DNA of 64,000 bases from the human T2T-CHM13v2.0 reference genome, Homo sapiens. The notes below the pieces were generated by a model. That model was given only the letters and a program-made list of their open reading frames with translations, had not been told where the DNA came from and did no database searches. Below are positions 58,179 through 64,000 of this stretch, piece after piece. Location of the stretch: the NCBI RefSeq assembly GCF_009914755.1, contig NC_060929.1, one strand, 5' to 3'. Each line of letters starts with the position of its first letter. Within the stretch, counting starts at the first letter, position 1. Both the position numbers and the translations under genes were made by a program.

Positions 58179-60275
58179 TTATAGTATATTTTGTTTCCTG
58201 AGCTTTCAATTCACTATATATGCATGCGCGTGGGTGTGTGTGTGTGTGTCCACATGTGCACATGCGTCGTGAACAGTTAAAAAAAGAAAAAGCAGCATTT
58301 GGAAAACATTCTTTACCAAGGTTTACCTAGTAATAAAATATTTATAAGTAATATTCATTAATGAGATTTAACAATAAAGTGTCCAACAATAAGATAAATG
58401 TTGTTACTATTTCGAAACAGCACACAAAATATAGTGGAAATGTATACATAATTCCTTAAAAGTGCATATTGTCATACTCTTAGTCAAATTTTGCGGTTTG
58501 AAACGGAACAAATCCATGGAGTGAGTTTGATAGAGCTGACTGAAAGTGCAGCTGCTATAATTTGGGCCCAGCATCAGCATTAAAAATGTGCCATTGTATG
58601 TATTCCTGTTATGATGAATAACAAAATAGAAGATAGTGTTCTATTGCAAATCACATTCATAAAAAGTGAGATTCTTTAAGCAAGTTTGAAAAACTGCTTT
58701 CGAGATAGTGTACACCAAGGATTACAACATCTCAAAAAGGGATTAATCAAACACGATTAAAAGTTGCTATTACTGCTACAATTTACACATTATGTCAGTA
58801 ATATATCTTAACCATGACTTTTATTATTTGATAGACAAGACAGTTATAATACCCTTAGTATATCTGGGTATATCAGTCTTGCTGTGTTTTTTTCCATTTG
58901 TTTCATCATCAAATTTTCAAAATGAGAATGCTTTTGTGACTTATCACTACCAACATGACTGACACTTCTTTCATATAATTTAAGAGTTATATTTGACTTT
59001 CATGTTTAAAAACAACAGTATATAGAACTCAATAGCTGGTGTAGTACCTACAAATATATTAGCTATGATAACAATCCTTAAGAGATTCACATTTTATGGA
59101 AAATAACATACAATTACAAATAAAATCTTCTTAGCAAATGGGGCTGTAAAGGGAATTTTACAGGTTTAAAAATGATCTCAGTGACTGCTGGCTTTACAAA
59201 GAAAATTGGATAAGACATTTCTGTGGGTTTTCTGTTGGCGTATAGGATGACTAGTCAAAAGAGAAAAGACCAAAGCTTTGCCACAATCCAAATGACTGAG
59301 CCAACCATCAACAAGAAAATCCCAACCCCTCAGAACCAATCCTTTTGTATCCTATGACTTAGAGTCACAGAAAGTCAATATGGCTTCTCTGGTTTCAAGT
59401 CTAATGATGAAGTGGAACTGCCACGACTTCAAATTATTATTTCAAAATGCAGTATTTGCTTAAACACTTCTCACTGAATAATACTAAAACTCTCTAACAG
59501 AGAAGAGTTACTGGTCTACAATAAGAAAAATAAGGTAGATGCCGGAAATGAAAAATATAACAAAGACCACACATCCAATAAGCAATCGATCAGGGATGCC
59601 AGAACTACTTAGACAATTTCCTTCATTCTTCCCAACTCCTACACAGATACTGGTACTGCCATTCATCCTCTGAAAAAAAATCATAAATATACTCTTTCTT
59701 TTTCCTTTTTCTTTTTTGTAAAGAAATAAAAATGTTCGTGCCAACATGTGCTGCAGTATGGATTCAATATGTGCTAACAATGTAGATGTAGGTCCGCACA
59801 CTCACCTGGCACCAATGCATTTTCAAGAAGTCATTTAACATTCTGATTCTGCATTTATTTAAGGCATTAAATATGGGATATCAGTTTCTGCTCACAAAGG
59901 AGGATTACATCAAAGATGTAAGTAAGCCTACTTTGAAGATTGTAATGTGCTATAAACATATGTTTATAATGATAAAGAGGCTTACATAGCCTGGTGTTTG
60001 GCAGTAAATAAAATGTTAACAAATTCTCTTAAATATATGTAAATATATTTCAAAAGCTTGAAAACATTGAAAAGATTTAAATAATAAGCCATAACGCCAA
60101 AATAAATAAGTGTGAGCCCTAGAAGTTAAACATATTAGTTCTGGTAATATTCACCTATGAGGAATCAAATTATAATATTTAAGGGAAAATGCAAAAATCT
60201 TGTCTTAAAAGAATTACTATATTTTGGACCTGAAGTTTAAATTTGGCACGTCTCTCCATTAAATAAAAACATGTT

Positions 60276-60695
<420 letters not shown>

Positions 60696-62489
60696 CTAGA
60701 TTTGTTTTTTCTTTTCTTTTCTTTTTTTTTGGGGGTCTGTGGGTCTGAGCTCAGGATGAACTTATAATTCATATAGCACTAATCTGCATACAAATTTGAC
60801 GCATACAAAAGCTTAGTGGTCAATATTCTCTTATTCATTCTAACCCTTCTTATTGGTGTTTTTCTTTTTTGGTTTATAGCAGGCACTCAATAAATATAAG
60901 TGACATAATCCATAACTTGAAAAGGTAAGAGCTGTGTCAATACATTGAGAGAAGAAAAAAGGCTGTAAAAATGACAGTAACATAAAATGGAAAGGATACG
61001 CCATTTAATAAAATAAAATGCATTTAATACACAGTATTAAATACAGAAGCTATGCTACAGCTAGAGAAATATAATTTGGTTTCTTATTAAGCTAAATTCC
61101 TAATATGAAAATTTAAAGTATTTCCATCAGAGATAAAATGTTTATTGTCAATTTAAACCTCCTATGTTAAATATAAACAATGTCAAATCACATATTTTTG
61201 TCTTTTAGCATTTCTTAAGGGTTCACTATTACGCTATTTCTACACATTTTCAGTAGCATATCAAGAAAGATTATTTTAAAATAGGGAATATGTTGAGGTA
61301 TTTTCTGATGAATACGCTTGCCATACATGCCAAGAATACTTAAGGATCTGGGGCAGGTTTCAGGACCAAGACTATAAAGAGTGCTGTTGAGACTGAAAAT
61401 CTAGATAACCAGTACACTGAACATAGTAAACAAAAGAATGCTTCCGATTTCTGGTAGATAACAGTAAGCACTTATTACAATTCACTTTTTCAATGGTGTT
61501 ATACCAAATACAATATTTAACATGGACCTTCCAAGCAGGTTTGAATTGTGCTAAAGTAGCTATCTCAACGTAAACCATAAAATGATCCCATTCTGCCTTT
61601 TATATTTGCAGAAGTGATTTCTTTTTGCAAAAAAATCTATTCCAACCCCTCAATACAGTACACAGGAACTTGCGTGCTCCATCAGTGAAAATTCCTTGAG
61701 ATGAATTTTAAGTACAACACCAGAGTCAAGCCACCTGCCCTGCCATAAAGAAATATCAGCAATCTGACATATCAACAGTATTCACAGATGCAGATATATA
61801 TATTTATGGGACTCTATCAGCATAAATCCAATGGCTATGAATAAAACATCCTTTAACTCTACAGGGACTCAAATCCAACTTTACAAGCAGAGCATTGCTA
61901 AACCCCTTGCCACTGATGGAAAAAAGAAAGAAAGAAAAAAAAAACAGCAACAACAACCACAAAAAAAAACCTCCATAACAACAATTTCTCTAATATATTA
62001 TGCTCACATTTTTATCAGTCTTTAAACAACTTCATCCTAATGTTTATTTTCAGACATAGAGAAATGAAGGCCATGTAAAATTTCTAAATTTTCAATTTTA
62101 CTATAGCTTGGAAGGTGTACCCCTTTGCAATCTGATAAATAGAAATACGCATGATGACAAAGCATACTTCCACTGAGACAATAAAATATGTAGGCCATGA
62201 TATCTGAAGTCAAATGACATAGCCTCCAGTCCCCAGTTTCCCCTGTATTAAAGACGGCTGTTTACATCTCATCAAGTAGCTAAACATCAAGCACATATAG
62301 ATACTCTGATCAAAAGATCATCTCTGTTTTTGGTGATGAACCACCAAAGATACTAGGGATCCATTGCAAGCACACACATTCCAAGTCAAACAAAAGAAAA
62401 CCCAAGAAAAGCCAACCCTTTAATAGTCAGTGACATAAATGCAACATGACGTGAAATAAATTACAGTACCAGGTTACAAAACCTCTTTA

Positions 62490-62915
<426 letters not shown>

Positions 62916-64000
62916 TCATATTTGAACCAATACATTCAATGTTATCCAGTCAAATGATAATTAGCATGCCTAAGAGACAAACCTTTCAGGTATGGGGGGA
63001 ATGCATCTGTTGTGTGTATATCGCTTACCTACATCCAACAGAAGGTGTGTTCAGCTGCAATATAAACTTTGTGCATAAGAAGGAGGCATGGGAAGTTAAT
63101 TCTTCATTTTCAAGTTGAGAAGATTCAGAATGTGTTCCGGTAATGTTATATTAACTTTATTAAAGATGTAAAATGAATTCAGTAATGTAATTAGTAATGT
63201 AGTTAATTTTCTTGAATCAAAGAAAATAAGAAGAAATGAGAGGGAGTGTATGCATGGGGGTGGAGGTGAGAAGAGGTGGGGTTCACATCTCCATAATTAG
63301 CACCAGAACATTCAATCCATGACTGCTCTAGTTTTTGTAAAGTAACTCCCGAAAGATTTTTATATGCCTCTTTTTCAAGTGAAGCTGTCACAGAAACAAA
63401 CACATTTGGTGAAGGGAGAATAAGGCCAAAACCAACCCAACTGCAAGGCAGACAAAATAAGGAGCTGACTTAGCTTTTCTGAAAGTATTTGCATCTTCTC
63501 AATGTGTCTAAATTGTTTTGAGAAGATTTTACACTAGTTACTAAAATCAGTTTGACTATTTTGAAACTGAATTTCAATTTTTTGTTTCCCTCTTGGATTC
63601 TTTTTAGATCCTTTCATGTCATTATTTTTATCTGGTTCTCAAAATATATTTGACATCTAAGGTTTGGTTGATAGATACAATGAAAATAGCATCTTTCATT
63701 TCAGTAGAATATGACCAGTTATTAACTGCTTTAGACTGCTAGTCATGATCAACAGCAGACAGCCCACTTGCTTTCTGGTGCTGTAGAACAGACTTCATAT
63801 CCAAAATACAGCCAGTGGCTAGATAGGACCATTTATGACATGGGTGCTCTATGGGAATTAGGTTCTAATTATCAATTATACATCTCTGACTTCCTAACCA
63901 TTTCTTAGTGAACAATGATAGAGCTTATTTTATCCTCTTTTACATTAGGGGACATATACCAAATCAGACACAAAGGACATTATGTCATGCTGAGAAAATA

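Overview
This is primate genomic DNA, almost certainly human. One protein-coding exon is recognisable: a 256-nt internal exon on the minus strand (62524-62779) of CTNND2 (delta-catenin), encoding the segment just before the armadillo repeats. Everything else reads as intron of that gene and is dominated by transposon relics: L1PA/L1M, Alu, MIR/L2, MaLR/ERV LTRs, hAT and mariner MITEs. There is also a ~2 kb CA-rich degenerate minisatellite. I found no evidence of a new gene system; the other ORFs are repeat-derived or compositional artefacts. The most unusual signals are structural. (1) A perfect 42-bp-arm palindrome at 10004-10089. (2) An MST element with two LTRs in inverted orientation bounded by one 5-bp target-site duplication (TSD) at 25012-26360. 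(3) Three local templated-synthesis scars: a 55-bp copy plus stutter inside an LTR at 30.1 kb, a fold-back insertion in MER51 at 52.4 kb, and a 174-bp inverted duplication with stuttered junction at 55.4-56.5 kb. (4) A twin-primed L1. Repeat subfamily names come from remembered consensus sequences and need RepeatMasker/Dfam confirmation. Coordinates were counted by eye.
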